61,301 nucleotides of DNA from Candidatus Tepidifontimicrobium thermophilum (GTDB lineage Bacteria; Sysuimicrobiota; Sysuimicrobiia; Sysuimicrobiales; Sysuimicrobiaceae). Both the position numbers and the translations under genes were made by a program. Shown here piece by piece: positions 35,507 through 45,565 of this stretch. The DNA is taken from assembly GCA_031459915.1 (NCBI GenBank), contig JAVKHO010000017.1, positions 1 through 61,301 on the forward strand, read 5' to 3'. Position 1 is the stretch's first letter. Each line of letters starts with the position of its first letter. A model generated the notes under the pieces. That model was not told the DNA's origin. It worked only from the letters and a program-made list of their open reading frames with translations, and did not search any database.

Positions 35507-36973
35507 CTATCCACGCAGCAACGGGCAGCGGTGGCGGTGCCACTCCGTGGCCTGCTCGTAGGCGTACGCCACCCGCAGCACGGTCGCCTCCTCGAAGGGC
35601 CGTCCCACCAGCTGCAGCCCCACGGGCAGCCCGTCCACAAACCCGCACGGCACCGAGATCCCCGGCAGGCCCGCCAGGTTCACCGGGATGGTGTACACGT
35701 CCGCGAGGTACATCTGCAACGGGTCCGCGGTGCGCTCGCCCAGCCGGAAGCCGGCCACCGGCGAGGTGGGCGTGGCCAGCACGTCCACCCTCTGGAAGCA
35801 CCGGTCGAAGTCGCGCCGCACCAGGGTCCGCACCTGCTGGGCCTTTTTGTAGAAGCCCTCGTAGTAGCCCTCTGAAAGGGCGAAGGTCCCGAGCATGATG
35901 CGCCGCTTCACCTCCGGGCCGAAGCCCTCCGCACGGGTGCGCGCGTAAAGAGTGTACAGGTCGTGGGCCCCAGGGCTGCGGTACCCGTAGGCGACCCCGT
36001 CGTACCGAGCCAGGTTGCTGCTGGCCTCCGCGCACGCGATCAGGTAGTAGGTGGGCAGGGCGTACTCCAGGGTCGGCAGCGCCACCTCCTCCACCCGAGC
36101 CCCCAACCCTTCCAGTACCCGCACCGCCTCCAGCACCGCCTGCCGCACCCCCGGATGCAGGCCCTCACCGAAGAACTCCACCGGCACACCCACCCGCAAC
36201 CCACGCACGCCGGCCTCCAGGGACGCCACAACGTCCGGCACAGGCAGGTCCACGGAGGTGGAGTCGTGGGGGTCGTGGCCGCTGATGGCCTGCAGCACCA
36301 GGGCGCAGTCCCGCACGTCCAGGCTCAAGGGCCCGATCTGGTCCAGGGACGAGGCGAACGCCACCAGCCCGTAGCGCGAGACCCGCCCGTACGTGGGTTT
36401 CAGCCCCACCACCCCACACAGGGACGCGGGCTGCCGGATGGAGCCGCCCGTGTCGGAGCCCAGCGCCGCCAGGGCCTCGCCCGCGGCTACCGCCGCGGCA
36501 GACCCGCCGCTGCTGCCGCCGGGTACGTGGTCGAGCCTCCAAGGGTTGCGGGTGGAGAAGAAGCCGGAGTTCTCCGTGGACGACCCCATGGCGAACTCGT
36601 CCAGATTGGTCTTGCCCAGCAGCACGGCCCCCGCCTCCCGCAGGCGCTGCACCGCGGTGGCGTCGTACGGAGGGACGAACGGTTCCAGGATGCGGGAGCC
36701 GCACGTGGTGCGCACGCCCCGCGTGCACAGGTTGTCCTTCACGGCCACCGGCATGCCCGCCAGAGGTGGAAGGGGTTCCCTCCTGGCCAGGCGGTCGTCC
36801 AGCTCCTGCGCCTGGGCGCGGGCCCGGTCTGCGGTGACCGTGAGGTAAGCCCGCACCTGACCGTCGAGCCGCTCGATGTTCTCCAGGTACGCGTCCACCA
36901 GCTCCCGCACGGAAAAGTCCTTGCCCAGCCGCGGCCGGAGCTCGTGGTAGGGACGTCCGACCAGCTCCTTCAC
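35507..36973 (-). CDS. gatA: Asp/Glu-tRNA amidotransferase subunit A
   Basis: [48 protein letters not shown]. Confidence 0.98.
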   Translation of the reverse strand: MKELVGRPYHELRPRLGKDFSVRELVDAYLENIERLDGQVRAYLTVTADRARAQAQELDDRLARREPLPPLAGMPVAVKDNLCTRGVRTTCGSRILEPFVPPYDATAVQRLREAGAVLLGKTNLDEFAMGSSTENSGFFSTRNPWRLDHVPGGSSGGSAAAVAAGEALAALGSDTGGSIRQPASLCGVVGLKPTYGRVSRYGLVAFASSLDQIGPLSLDVRDCALVLQAISGHDPHDSTSVDLPVPDVVASLEAGVRGLRVGVPVEFFGEGLHPGVRQAVLEAVRVLEGLGARVEEVALPTLEYALPTYYLIACAEASSNLARYDGVAYGYRSPGAHDLYTLYARTRAEGFGPEVKRRIMLGTFALSEGYYEGFYKKAQQVRTLVRRDFDRCFQRVDVLATPTSPVAGFRLGERTADPLQMYLADVYTIPVNLAGLPGISVPCGFVDGLPVGLQLVGRPFEEATVLRVAYAYEQATEWHRHRCPLLRG

Positions 36974-37266
36974 TCCTCCGCCTCCAGCACCCGCGGGACC
37001 ACCACGAACCCCTCGTGGGCCTGCGGTGCCATGGCGACCACTGCCTCCACGGGCAGCGAGGGGACGACCTGGTCCGGCCGGAACACATTGGTCACCCGGA
37101 TGGCGTGCGAGGTGGGCTCCACCCCTTCCGTGGGCAACCGGTCCAGCCGGGCGAAGTACTCCAGGATGCTGCTGAGCTGGGACGCGAAGGTGGCACGTTC
37201 CTCCTCCGTGAGTTCCAGCCGGCTGAGCCGCGCCACCCGCTCCACCACCTCGGGCGTGATGCGCAT
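36970..37266 (-). CDS. gatC: Asp/Glu-tRNA amidotransferase subunit C
   Basis: [17 protein letters not shown]...VEPTSH...VPRVL; GAGGAGG SD. Confidence 0.95.
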   Translation of the reverse strand: MRITPEVVERVARLSRLELTEEERATFASQLSSILEYFARLDRLPTEGVEPTSHAIRVTNVFRPDQVVPSLPVEAVVAMAPQAHEGFVVVPRVLEAEE

Positions 37267-37319
37267 GGGGTCCTCCTCGGAAGCCTCCGGTATGGTAGCA
37301 CGCCTGGCCGGGAGGGCGA

Positions 37320-37592
37320 CTACTCCCGCGGCTCCAGGCACTCCCGGAGGGCCCGCTCCACCTCGGGTACGATGTCCTCCCAGCGGGCGTCAGGCTGGCG
37401 GGTGACGGTGACGAAGTCGTTCAGCAGGAACACCATACGGACCCCGGGGATGCGCAGGAGCCGCTGTGCCACGGGGGAACCCGCGGCCTGTTCTAAGGAC
37501 GTGTACGTCTCGCTCCGCCCCTGCGTCACCCTCCGGTCCAGGGTGAACTTCAGAGCGTGCACGTTAGGGGTGGGCTGGACCTCGATCCGCAC
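37320..37592 (-). CDS. Stand-alone Nfu/NifU N-terminal domain protein
   Basis: [40 protein letters not shown]. Confidence 0.88.
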   Translation of the reverse strand: MRIEVQPTPNVHALKFTLDRRVTQGRSETYTSLEQAAGSPVAQRLLRIPGVRMVFLLNDFVTVTRQPDARWEDIVPEVERALRECLEPRE

Positions 37593-37609
37593 CGCCCCAC
37601 CTCCGTCCC

Positions 37610-39052
37610 TCACGCCAGCCCCCGGAGGGCCGGACGCCCGCCCTCCGCCAGGTCGCGGCGCAGGCGCCGGACGGAGGAGGGCGGGATCCCCACCTCCTCG
37701 CGGTACTTGGCCGCGGTCCGCCGCGCGATGGACATCCCCTCCCGCCGCAACCGCTGGGCGATCTCCCGGTCCGTGAGGGGAGCGTCAGGGTCTTCCTCCT
37801 GCACCAGCTGCCGGATCCGCTCCTTGACGGGCAGGGAGGCGTCGAAGAACACCTCGCAGGACACCACCCGGCCGTTGGGCAGCAGCACGTACTTCCCGTC
37901 CAGGGCACGGCTGACGGTGGACTCGCTGACCCCTACCCGGGCCGCCACCGTGGCCATGGTGAGGGGCTTCAGGTGGCTGGGCCCGGACTCCAGGAACTCC
38001 CGCTGCACCTCCACGATGGCCTCCAGGATCGCCTTCAGGGTCCAGTTGCGACGCTTCACCGTCTCGATGAACAGCTTGGCCCGCGTGACGTACTCGTGGA
38101 TGTGCTGCGCCGCGTTCGGCGCGAACTCCTGAGGGAACCTGCGGGCCCGCAGGTACAGCTCCCGGTACAGCTCGTTCACCCGCAGGCCCATGGTGGGCGA
38201 CCCCATGACCTCCACCGCGTAGCCCCGGGGGGTCCGCACGATAACGGCGTCCGGCCGGGGGACCTCCTGGGGTTTCAGCCGGCCACCGCCCTGGCGCTCC
38301 GCCTCGTAGCGGTCCGCGGGGTAGGGGTACAGGTTCCTGCGGATGTACTGGTGGACCTCCCGGACCTCCTGCGCGGACGTCCCCAGCCGCTGCCCGACCT
38401 TCGCGTACTCGCCCCGGGCCAGCCCGCCCAAAAGGCCCTCGGTGATCAGCCGCTGTGCCAGGAGGTTGTGCGGGCTGGGCTCCAGCGCCCGCAGCTGGAG
38501 CAGCAGGCACTCCTCCACGGTGCGGGCGGCCACCCCTACCGGCTCGAACCCCTGTACCACCGCCAGCACCTCCTCCGCCACCCGCACGGACAGGCGGAAG
38601 CGGGAGGCCGCTTCGTGCAGGTCACAGGTGAGGTACCCACGGTGATCCACACACCCCACTAGGTACTCCGCCAGCTGGCGACGCCGACCCCGGAGGTCCT
38701 GAGCCGCCAGCTGCAGCAGGAGGAACTCCTGCAACGAGACCTCCGCACCCACGTGACTCAAGGGGTCGAAGTCCTCGTCCGGGTTCCCCCGAGGGACGGA
38801 GAAGCTGTCCTCCAGCAGGGGCTCCCCGGGTACGTGGCCGCAGCTTCCGCACACGCCTGCCGTCACCTCGGCCCCACACCGGGGGCAGAGCACTTCCTCC
38901 CGTTCCAGCGCCGGGTTGTTGTGGAGTTCCTCCTCGATGCGGGCCTCCAGCTGGGGGAGCGGGAGCACCAGCACCGCGCTCACCGCCATGAGCTTCGGCA
39001 CCATCCGCTGCTGGGGCAGCGGGGCGATGTCCAGGCCGGGACGGATCTCCAC
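37610..39052 (-). CDS. rpoN: RNA polymerase sigma-54 factor with a Cys4 motif
   Basis: EEELHNNPALE, EPVGVAARTVEECLLLQL, LKPLTM...VSESTVSRA..KY, RpoN box ARRTAAKYRE; GTG start after GAGGAG. Confidence 0.93.
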   Translation of the reverse strand: MEIRPGLDIAPLPQQRMVPKLMAVSAVLVLPLPQLEARIEEELHNNPALEREEVLCPRCGAEVTAGVCGSCGHVPGEPLLEDSFSVPRGNPDEDFDPLSHVGAEVSLQEFLLLQLAAQDLRGRRRQLAEYLVGCVDHRGYLTCDLHEAASRFRLSVRVAEEVLAVVQGFEPVGVAARTVEECLLLQLRALEPSPHNLLAQRLITEGLLGGLARGEYAKVGQRLGTSAQEVREVHQYIRRNLYPYPADRYEAERQGGGRLKPQEVPRPDAVIVRTPRGYAVEVMGSPTMGLRVNELYRELYLRARRFPQEFAPNAAQHIHEYVTRAKLFIETVKRRNWTLKAILEAIVEVQREFLESGPSHLKPLTMATVAARVGVSESTVSRALDGKYVLLPNGRVVSCEVFFDASLPVKERIRQLVQEEDPDAPLTDREIAQRLRREGMSIARRTAAKYREEVGIPPSSVRRLRRDLAEGGRPALRGLA

Positions 39053-39057
39053 GCTCC

Positions 39058-40434
39058 TCACCGTCCGCCGGAGCGGCCGGCGGTGGGCAGCTGCACTCCG
39101 TGCTGGTCCAGGCGCCGCCGGAGCTGCGCGGGGCTCAGCCCCAGGATCCGGGCCGCCTCCTCCAGGTTCCACTCCGTGCGCTGCAGCACGTGCACCATGT
39201 GCTGGCGCTCCACCTCCGCCAGGGTGGGCAGCCGGTCCTCCGTCCCCTCGGGCCCCGCTCCGCCCAGCCAGAGGTCCTCCGCCCAGATCTCCGGCGTCCG
39301 GCACAGGATGACCGCGCGCTCCACCGCGAACTCCAGCTCCCGCACGTTCCCGGGCCAGGGGTACCGACGCATCTTCCGCACCGCCTGGGGCGTGAACCCC
39401 GTGACGGGCTTCCCGTACTTGGCGCGGTACTTCTCGAGGAAGTGCTGGGCGAGCAAGGGGATGTCCTCCTGCCGTTCCCGGAGGGGGGGCAGCTCGATGG
39501 GTACCACGCTGAGCCGGTAGAACAGGTCCTCCCGGAACCGCCCGTCCCGGACCATCTGGCGGAGATCCTTGTTGGTGGCCGCGATGACCCGCACGTCCAC
39601 GCGGACGGGCTTGTTGCTCCCCACCCGCTCGAACGTCCGCTCCTGGAGGACCCGCAGGAGCTTGACCTGCATGGCGGGGCTCATGTCGCCCACCTCGTCG
39701 AGGAAGATGGTCCCCCCATCCGCGGCCTCGAACTTCCCGATGCGGCTTCCCACCGCGCTGGTGAAGGCGCCCTTCTCGTGGCCAAACAGCTCCGTCTCCA
39801 GCAGGGTTTCCGGGATGGCGCCGCAGTTGATGGCCACGAAGGGGCCCTCCGCCCGGCGGCTCTGGTCGTGGATGGACCGCGCCAGGATCTCCTTGCCCGT
39901 TCCGGTCTCCCCGTAGATGAGGACGGTGGCGTCCGTGGGCGCCACCGCGGCGGCCACCCGCATGACCTCCTGCATCTTGGGCGAGCTGCCCACGATGCCC
40001 TCGAACTTGAAGCGCGCCCGCAGCTCCTCGTGCAGTTTCCGGTTCTCCTCCCGGAGCTGCTCGTGCTCCAGGGCCCGGCGGACCTTCAACAGCAGCTCGT
40101 CCTTCTTGAAGGGTTTGGAGATGTAGTCGAACGCCCCCTGGCGCATGGCCTCCACCGCCATCTCCAGGGTGGCGTACCCGGTGACGATCATCACCACCGC
40201 TCCCGGGTCCTCCCGGCGGATCTCCCGCAGGACCTCCATCCCGTCCTTCTCCGGAATCCGGACGTCCAGCAGGACCAAGTCGAACTCGCCGGAGCTCGCG
40301 CGGCGCAGGGCGACAGCACCGTCCGCGGCGGTCTCCACCTCGAAGCCCTCCTGCCGCAGGATCTGGCTGAGGAGGTTCCGGATGTTCTCCTCGTCATCCA
40401 CGACTAGGACCCTGTGGCGCGCCACCGGCCTCAC
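39058..40434 (-). CDS. Sigma54-dependent response regulator (REC-AAA-HTH, NtrC/AtoC family)
   Basis: [53 protein letters not shown]. Confidence 0.96.
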   Translation of the reverse strand: MRPVARHRVLVVDDEENIRNLLSQILRQEGFEVETAADGAVALRRASSGEFDLVLLDVRIPEKDGMEVLREIRREDPGAVVMIVTGYATLEMAVEAMRQGAFDYISKPFKKDELLLKVRRALEHEQLREENRKLHEELRARFKFEGIVGSSPKMQEVMRVAAAVAPTDATVLIYGETGTGKEILARSIHDQSRRAEGPFVAINCGAIPETLLETELFGHEKGAFTSAVGSRIGKFEAADGGTIFLDEVGDMSPAMQVKLLRVLQERTFERVGSNKPVRVDVRVIAATNKDLRQMVRDGRFREDLFYRLSVVPIELPPLRERQEDIPLLAQHFLEKYRAKYGKPVTGFTPQAVRKMRRYPWPGNVRELEFAVERAVILCRTPEIWAEDLWLGGAGPEGTEDRLPTLAEVERQHMVHVLQRTEWNLEEAARILGLSPAQLRRRLDQHGVQLPTAGRSGGR

Positions 40435-40532
40435 CGTCTCGGAAGGTTAATTTGTCCCCCTTTATATTTCGGCTGCGCCGGACGAACTCCTGTGCGCGGC
40501 GGAGCGGTCAGGAGGACCGAACAGGTGTGCGC

Positions 40533-41432
40533 TCAGTGCAGGCGCGCCGCCTCCCCCACCGCAGGCATCTCGGTGGCCCAGCTGGCCACCCGGGCGAACT
40601 GCAGGAGCGCGTGCAGGTAGGTCCGCAGGAGCAGCAGGGCACGCTCGGGGCTGGCGATGGACTCCGCGGTCATGAGGTTCCAGCGGGTCTCCACCACTGC
40701 ACCCAGCCACAGGGCGTGTTCCGTGGTGACCAGGCCCAGGTCCGCCAGGGGCAGGAACACCTGCCACCGCCGCGGGGGTCGCTCCAGCTCGTAGGTGGTG
40801 AGCATCGCCTTGGCGATCCCCGTGGCCGCCCCAGCGCCGTTGCTGAACCACCCCACCACCTGGTTGACGCGTTCCGGGTCCTTGGCGGTCTCGTCCACCT
40901 CCCGTGTGGCCACCTCGATCACCGCCACCGAGGCCAGCAGCCGTCCCAGCCGCCAGCCGACCCGCAGGGGGTCCAGCATGCGCAGGGGCTGGCCCGGCCG
41001 CGGGCGGAACTCCGGGATCCCCTCCCCCAGCCGCCGCGCCTGCTGCAGGACCTCCCGGGCTTCCTCCAGCAGCTTGTCCCGCGCGGCCTCGATCCTGGCC
41101 TGGCTCTCCCGCAGGAAGCGGGCGTGCGCGTCGCGGTCGTTCTCCACCAGCAGCTGTCCCCAGCCCAGCATCTCGTACACCACGGGCAGCACGTGCTGGT
41201 TCAGCACGGAGGGCAGGAGGATCCCCTGGGCTGGGCCCAGAGGGTTGTCCTCCCCGAGCCGCTCCAGGAACGCACTCACCTCATCCTCCGGCGTCTCCGG
41301 GGGGAACACGAGGCCCAGCTCGATGTCCGTGTCGGGGTAGGTAGCCCCCGGAGGGTACCGGCCGTACAGGTACACCGCACACACCTCGCGGGTCCGGGAG
41401 AAGTACGCCCGCAGTTCCTCGAACGCCCCCAT
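40533..41432 (-). CDS. Fusion of a degenerate MNT nucleotidyltransferase and a degenerate HEPN (DUF86/HepT-like) domain
   Basis: N-half VCAVYLYGRYPPGATYPDTDIELGLVF...LNQHVLPVVYEMLGWGQLLVEND; C-half MLDP...LERPPRRWQVFLPLADLGLV...LGAVVETRWNLMT...LLQFAR. Confidence 0.75.
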   Translation of the reverse strand: MGAFEELRAYFSRTREVCAVYLYGRYPPGATYPDTDIELGLVFPPETPEDEVSAFLERLGEDNPLGPAQGILLPSVLNQHVLPVVYEMLGWGQLLVENDRDAHARFLRESQARIEAARDKLLEEAREVLQQARRLGEGIPEFRPRPGQPLRMLDPLRVGWRLGRLLASVAVIEVATREVDETAKDPERVNQVVGWFSNGAGAATGIAKAMLTTYELERPPRRWQVFLPLADLGLVTTEHALWLGAVVETRWNLMTAESIASPERALLLLRTYLHALLQFARVASWATEMPAVGEAARLH

Positions 41433-41483
41433 CTCGCCCCTATGCTACTGCCCGACCCTCCGGGCCGGAAGCCACAGGCCTTC

Positions 41484-41500
41484 CATAGAGGAGATCTATG
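41484..41500. promoter_or_regulatory. LysR-type binding site (T-N11-A dyad)
   Basis: CATAG-AGGAGAT-CTATG (ATAG-N7-CTAT) between the divergent lysR and MNT-HEPN genes. Confidence 0.75.
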
Positions 41501-41525
41501 ACTGAGCTGCGAACTGGTCTTTCCC

Positions 41526-42458
41526 GTGGAGCTGCAGAACCTCGAGGCGTTCCTGCAGGTGGCGCGGGAGCGGAGCTTCACCCGCGCGGCGGCTGCCCTG
41601 TTCCTCACCCAGCCCTCGGTGACCGCCCGTATCCAGGCCCTCGAGCAGGAGATCGGGCGGCCGTTGTTCGAGCGCCGCGGGAGGACGGTGCGGCTCACCG
41701 AAGCGGGCGAGGCGTTCCTGCCCTACGCGCAGCGGGCCCTGCAGCTGATCCAGGAGGGAGCGTCCGCGGCCCGGGAGACGGAGGGCCGGGGCACGGTGCT
41801 GGTGGGCGCCACGGTGTCCGCGGCCACCGCCATCCTCCCGGACCTCCTCGAGGCGTTCCGCCGCGAGCGGCCCGGCGCCCGGGTGGTGGTGCGTTACGGG
41901 CACTCCAACGAGGTGGTGGAGATGCTCCGGGACGGCCTGGCGGACGTGGGGTTCGTCGTCCGCCCCCTGCACGAGCCCCTCATTGCCGTGGAGCCCTTGG
42001 TGGCGGACGACATCGTCCTCCTCACGCCTCCACGGCACCCCCTCAGCCGCCGGCGCCGCATCACGCCCCGGGACCTCGTGGGGCAGACCCTCATCTCCAT
42101 GCAGTGGGGCGAGGGTTTCGAGGAGTTCGAACGGTGGATGCAGGAGGAGCTGGGCCTGCGGTCCGCCATCGAGGTGGACGGCATCCCGCTGGGGGTCATC
42201 CTCATCGCCCGCGGGATGGGGGTGGGGTTTGCGCCGCACCGCTCCGTGGCCGCGTATGTGCGGGCGGGGATGGTCCGGGTTCGGGTGGTGCGCGACCTGC
42301 CCACGGCACAGCGGGAGGTGTTCCTGGCCCTGCGCCGCGTGGGGCGGCTGCCCGCCACGGTGCAGGCGTTCGTGGAGTTGGTTCGGCGCCAGTTCCGCCG
42401 GGAGGCGGCCTCGGCGGGCAGCCCCAAGCCGGATGCGCGGACGCGACCGGCGGGTTAG
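41526..42458 (+). CDS. LysR-family transcriptional regulator
   Basis: LEAFLQVARERSFTRAAAALFLTQPSVTARIQALEQEIGRPLFER. Confidence 0.96.
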   Translation: MELQNLEAFLQVARERSFTRAAAALFLTQPSVTARIQALEQEIGRPLFERRGRTVRLTEAGEAFLPYAQRALQLIQEGASAARETEGRGTVLVGATVSAATAILPDLLEAFRRERPGARVVVRYGHSNEVVEMLRDGLADVGFVVRPLHEPLIAVEPLVADDIVLLTPPRHPLSRRRRITPRDLVGQTLISMQWGEGFEEFERWMQEELGLRSAIEVDGIPLGVILIARGMGVGFAPHRSVAAYVRAGMVRVRVVRDLPTAQREVFLALRRVGRLPATVQAFVELVRRQFRREAASAGSPKPDARTRPAG

Positions 42459-42518
42459 GATCGTGTCCACCTGGACCGGGCCGCCGTGCAGAAGCCGCGC
42501 CCGCGGCGCGGGAGCGGT

Positions 42519-43418
42519 TCAGAGGATGCGCTTCCCCAAGGCGGAGGCCACCAGCTCCGTGGCCAGGCGCGCGGTGCGGTTCTGGGCGTCCAGGATGGGG
42601 TTAATTTCCACCACGTCCATGCACAGCAACGTGCCCCAGTCCGCCACCAACTCCATGGCCAGGTGCACCTCCCGATAGGAGAGGCCGCCCGCACACGGGG
42701 TCGCCACGCCAGGTGCGTGCGCGGGATCCACCACGTCCATGTCCAGACTGACGTAAAGCGACCGCTTGCCACCGTCGGTGACGACGTCCAGGGCGCGGTG
42801 GACCACCTCCCCCACACCGTACCGGTCCACGTCCTTCATGGTGAACACCCGCACCCCACTGGATCGCAACAGCTCCCGCTCGCCCGGGTCCAGCTGCCGG
42901 GTCCCCACCAGGGCGCAGTACTGCGGGACCAGTTTCGGGCCGAACCCGCCCACCCGCACCAGGGACGGGAGGCCGAGTCCCAGCAAACACGCCAGCACCA
43001 TCCCGTGCACGTTCCCGGAGGGTGAGGTGTCGGGCGTGTTGAAGTCGCCGTGGGCGTCCAGCCACAACAACCCTGTCTCCGGGCGGTCGCGAACCACCGC
43101 GGCGACACTCCCCAGGCTGAGGCTGTGGTCTCCCCCCAGGACCACAGGCAAGGCACCCTGGCGCAGGGCCGCCGTCACCGCCCGGTCCACCTCCTCGCAC
43201 ACCCGGACGATGGCGTCCGCGTAGCGCGCCCGCGGGTCGCCCTCCTCCAGCCGCTCCACCACCGGGAAGCTCACGTTCCCCAGGTCGGTGACCCGGTAGC
43301 CCAGGCTCTCCAGCTCCGCCTGCAACTGCGCGTAGCGCACCGCGCTGGGGCCCATGTCGGTGCCGCGGCGCCCCGACCCGAGATCCAGGGGAACCCCCAC
43401 CAGGGCGACATCCCTCAT
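42519..43418 (-). CDS. rocF: Arginase
   Basis: GTDMGP, LGGDHS, DAHGDFNTP..SPSGNVHGM, SLDMDVVDP, VEINP. Confidence 0.94.
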   Translation of the reverse strand: MRDVALVGVPLDLGSGRRGTDMGPSAVRYAQLQAELESLGYRVTDLGNVSFPVVERLEEGDPRARYADAIVRVCEEVDRAVTAALRQGALPVVLGGDHSLSLGSVAAVVRDRPETGLLWLDAHGDFNTPDTSPSGNVHGMVLACLLGLGLPSLVRVGGFGPKLVPQYCALVGTRQLDPGERELLRSSGVRVFTMKDVDRYGVGEVVHRALDVVTDGGKRSLYVSLDMDVVDPAHAPGVATPCAGGLSYREVHLAMELVADWGTLLCMDVVEINPILDAQNRTARLATELVASALGKRIL

Positions 43419-45439
43419 GGCCCGTCCTGCTTTGCCGCCGCGGGCAGACCTCCGCCCGGCTCGCGCACTCCCGGCGCCCGCCGGAACCACTGGGCTACCG
43501 CCACCAGACCTGCGGCCGCAAGCCCCGCCAGGTCCAGCCACGGGTTGTGCAGGACCATCCCCACCGCAGCACCCGCCAGTAGCACCCGCTCCACGGGGTG
43601 GGCGGGCCCGAAGAAATACCCGGCCACGGCCGCGGACAGGAACACGATCCCCGCCACCGCGGAGGCCACCGCCAACACGCGGTCGGGCCAGGACCCGCTG
43701 AGCAGCAGCAGCTCCGGAGAGTACACGAACGCGAAGGGGACCAGGATGGCCGCCAGGGCGTGCCGCGTGGCCTCCAGGCTCACCGGGAACGGCGGGGTTC
43801 GGGCGATCCCCGCAGCCGCGTACGCGGCCAGGGCGTCCGGAGGGGTCAGGTCCGCGATGACCCCGTAGTAGAAGATGAACAGGTGTCCCGCGATCTGAGA
43901 AACCGTGACGCCCGGCGCGATCTCCGGTCCCTTCGCGGGAAGGAGCGCCTCGATGGCAGGCACCGCCAGGGCCGCCAGGATGATGTAGGTGGCGGTGGTG
44001 GGGATCCCGGAGCCGATGATGGTGCAGGCCACCATGACCAGCACCAGGGTCAGGAACAGGTTGTGCTGGCCCAGGGCCGTGGTCACCGTGACCAGGGCGT
44101 TTCCGATCCCCGTGAGGGTGACGACCCCGATGATGACCCCCACCACCGCGCAGGCCAGGGCCACCGTCAGGGCGTTCCGCGCCCCGTACTCCAGCATCCC
44201 CCACAGGTCCCGCGGGTAGTCCCGCAGGCGGCCTTCCCGCACGCACGTGATCAAGTGGACGCCCGCAGCCAGCGCGATGGCCATGAACGCCGCTCGCGCG
44301 GGGGAAAACCCCCGCACCAGGTACAGGACCATGACCAGCAGGGGGACCACCAGGTACCACTTGCGCACGACCGCGCGCCGCAGGTCGGGGAGTTCTTCCC
44401 GCCGCAGGCCGCGCAGGTCCAGTCGCTTGGCCTCGAAGTGGATCACGAAGAACAGGGAGACGAAGTACAACAGGGCCGGCACCACCGCCGCCTGCACCAC
44501 GGTGAGGTAGGGTACCCCCAGGAACTCCGCCATCACGAAGGCGGCAGCGCCCATCACGGGCGGCATGATCTGGCCGCCCACGGAGGTGGCCGCCTCTGCG
44601 GCCGCCGCAAAGCGCGGGTGGTAGCCCAACCGCTTCATCAGGGGGATGTTGAAGACCCCGTCCGCCACCACGTTCGCCACCGAAGAGCCGGAGACGGTGC
44701 CCAGCAGGGCGCTGCTGAACACGGACACCTTGGCGGGTCCCCCGTGCATCCACCCCGCCAGGGCCATGGCCACCTCCACGAACAACTGGCCCAACCCGGT
44801 CCGCTCGAGAAAGGCACCCAGCAGCACGAACAGGAAGACGTAGGTGGCCGAAACACCGAGCGGGATCCCGAACACGCCCTCCGTGGTGTACCACATGTGC
44901 TCGATGACCCGCTCTACGGGGAACCGGCGCACCGCGAACAGGCCGGGCACGTACTCCCCCAGGAAGGGGTAGGCCAGCAGGGCCGCGGCGATGAAGGGCA
45001 GCACCCCCATCACCCGCCGGCCCGCCTCCAGCACCAGGAGGATCCCCGCCGCGCCCACCACGAGGTCCGTACGGGCCAGTTGGCCGGCCTGCAGCATCAG
45101 GCGGTCGTGGTGCCAAAGGAGGTAGCCCACGCACGCCACGCCCGCCAGGGCGAACGCCACGTCCGGCCACCCGAAAAAGGTCTGCCCCGCGTGCTTCCTC
45201 CGGACGGGGTACAGGAGGAACACCAGGGTGAACACGAAGCCCAGGTGCACGGCCCGCTGTTTGAGGGCCAGAAGGGTCCCGAAGCCCGCGGTGTACAGGT
45301 GGAACCCCGACATGGCCACCGCCACCGCGGCGGCAGCGACGGCGAAGGGCCCCGCCAGCCTCCGGTACCCGAACTCGGGGTCCGCACTGGCCAGCAGCTG
45401 CTCGATCTCCTGCGTTTGCCCGACCTCTGCCCGCGTCAC
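43415..45439 (-). CDS. TRAP transporter fused 4TM/12TM (DctQM, TAXI type) permease
   Basis: EGVFGIPLGVSA, GGPAKVSV, SGSSVANV, GGQIMPPVMGAAAFVMAE, GIPTTATY, ADLTPP. Confidence 0.93.
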   Translation of the reverse strand: MTRAEVGQTQEIEQLLASADPEFGYRRLAGPFAVAAAAVAVAMSGFHLYTAGFGTLLALKQRAVHLGFVFTLVFLLYPVRRKHAGQTFFGWPDVAFALAGVACVGYLLWHHDRLMLQAGQLARTDLVVGAAGILLVLEAGRRVMGVLPFIAAALLAYPFLGEYVPGLFAVRRFPVERVIEHMWYTTEGVFGIPLGVSATYVFLFVLLGAFLERTGLGQLFVEVAMALAGWMHGGPAKVSVFSSALLGTVSGSSVANVVADGVFNIPLMKRLGYHPRFAAAAEAATSVGGQIMPPVMGAAAFVMAEFLGVPYLTVVQAAVVPALLYFVSLFFVIHFEAKRLDLRGLRREELPDLRRAVVRKWYLVVPLLVMVLYLVRGFSPARAAFMAIALAAGVHLITCVREGRLRDYPRDLWGMLEYGARNALTVALACAVVGVIIGVVTLTGIGNALVTVTTALGQHNLFLTLVLVMVACTIIGSGIPTTATYIILAALAVPAIEALLPAKGPEIAPGVTVSQIAGHLFIFYYGVIADLTPPDALAAYAAAGIARTPPFPVSLEATRHALAAILVPFAFVYSPELLLLSGSWPDRVLAVASAVAGIVFLSAAVAGYFFGPAHPVERVLLAGAAVGMVLHNPWLDLAGLAAAGLVAVAQWFRRAPGVREPGGGLPAAAKQDGP

Positions 45440-45565
45440 CTCGCGCCCTCCGTCCGCCAGGGTTTTCGTGGCCTCCCCCGGAGATCCTCCGCCGCCGGTC
45501 AAGGAGGCCCCCGGTGCGCCCGATACGTATATTTGGAGGTGGAGGCCTTTGAGGGGGAGTGTTAC

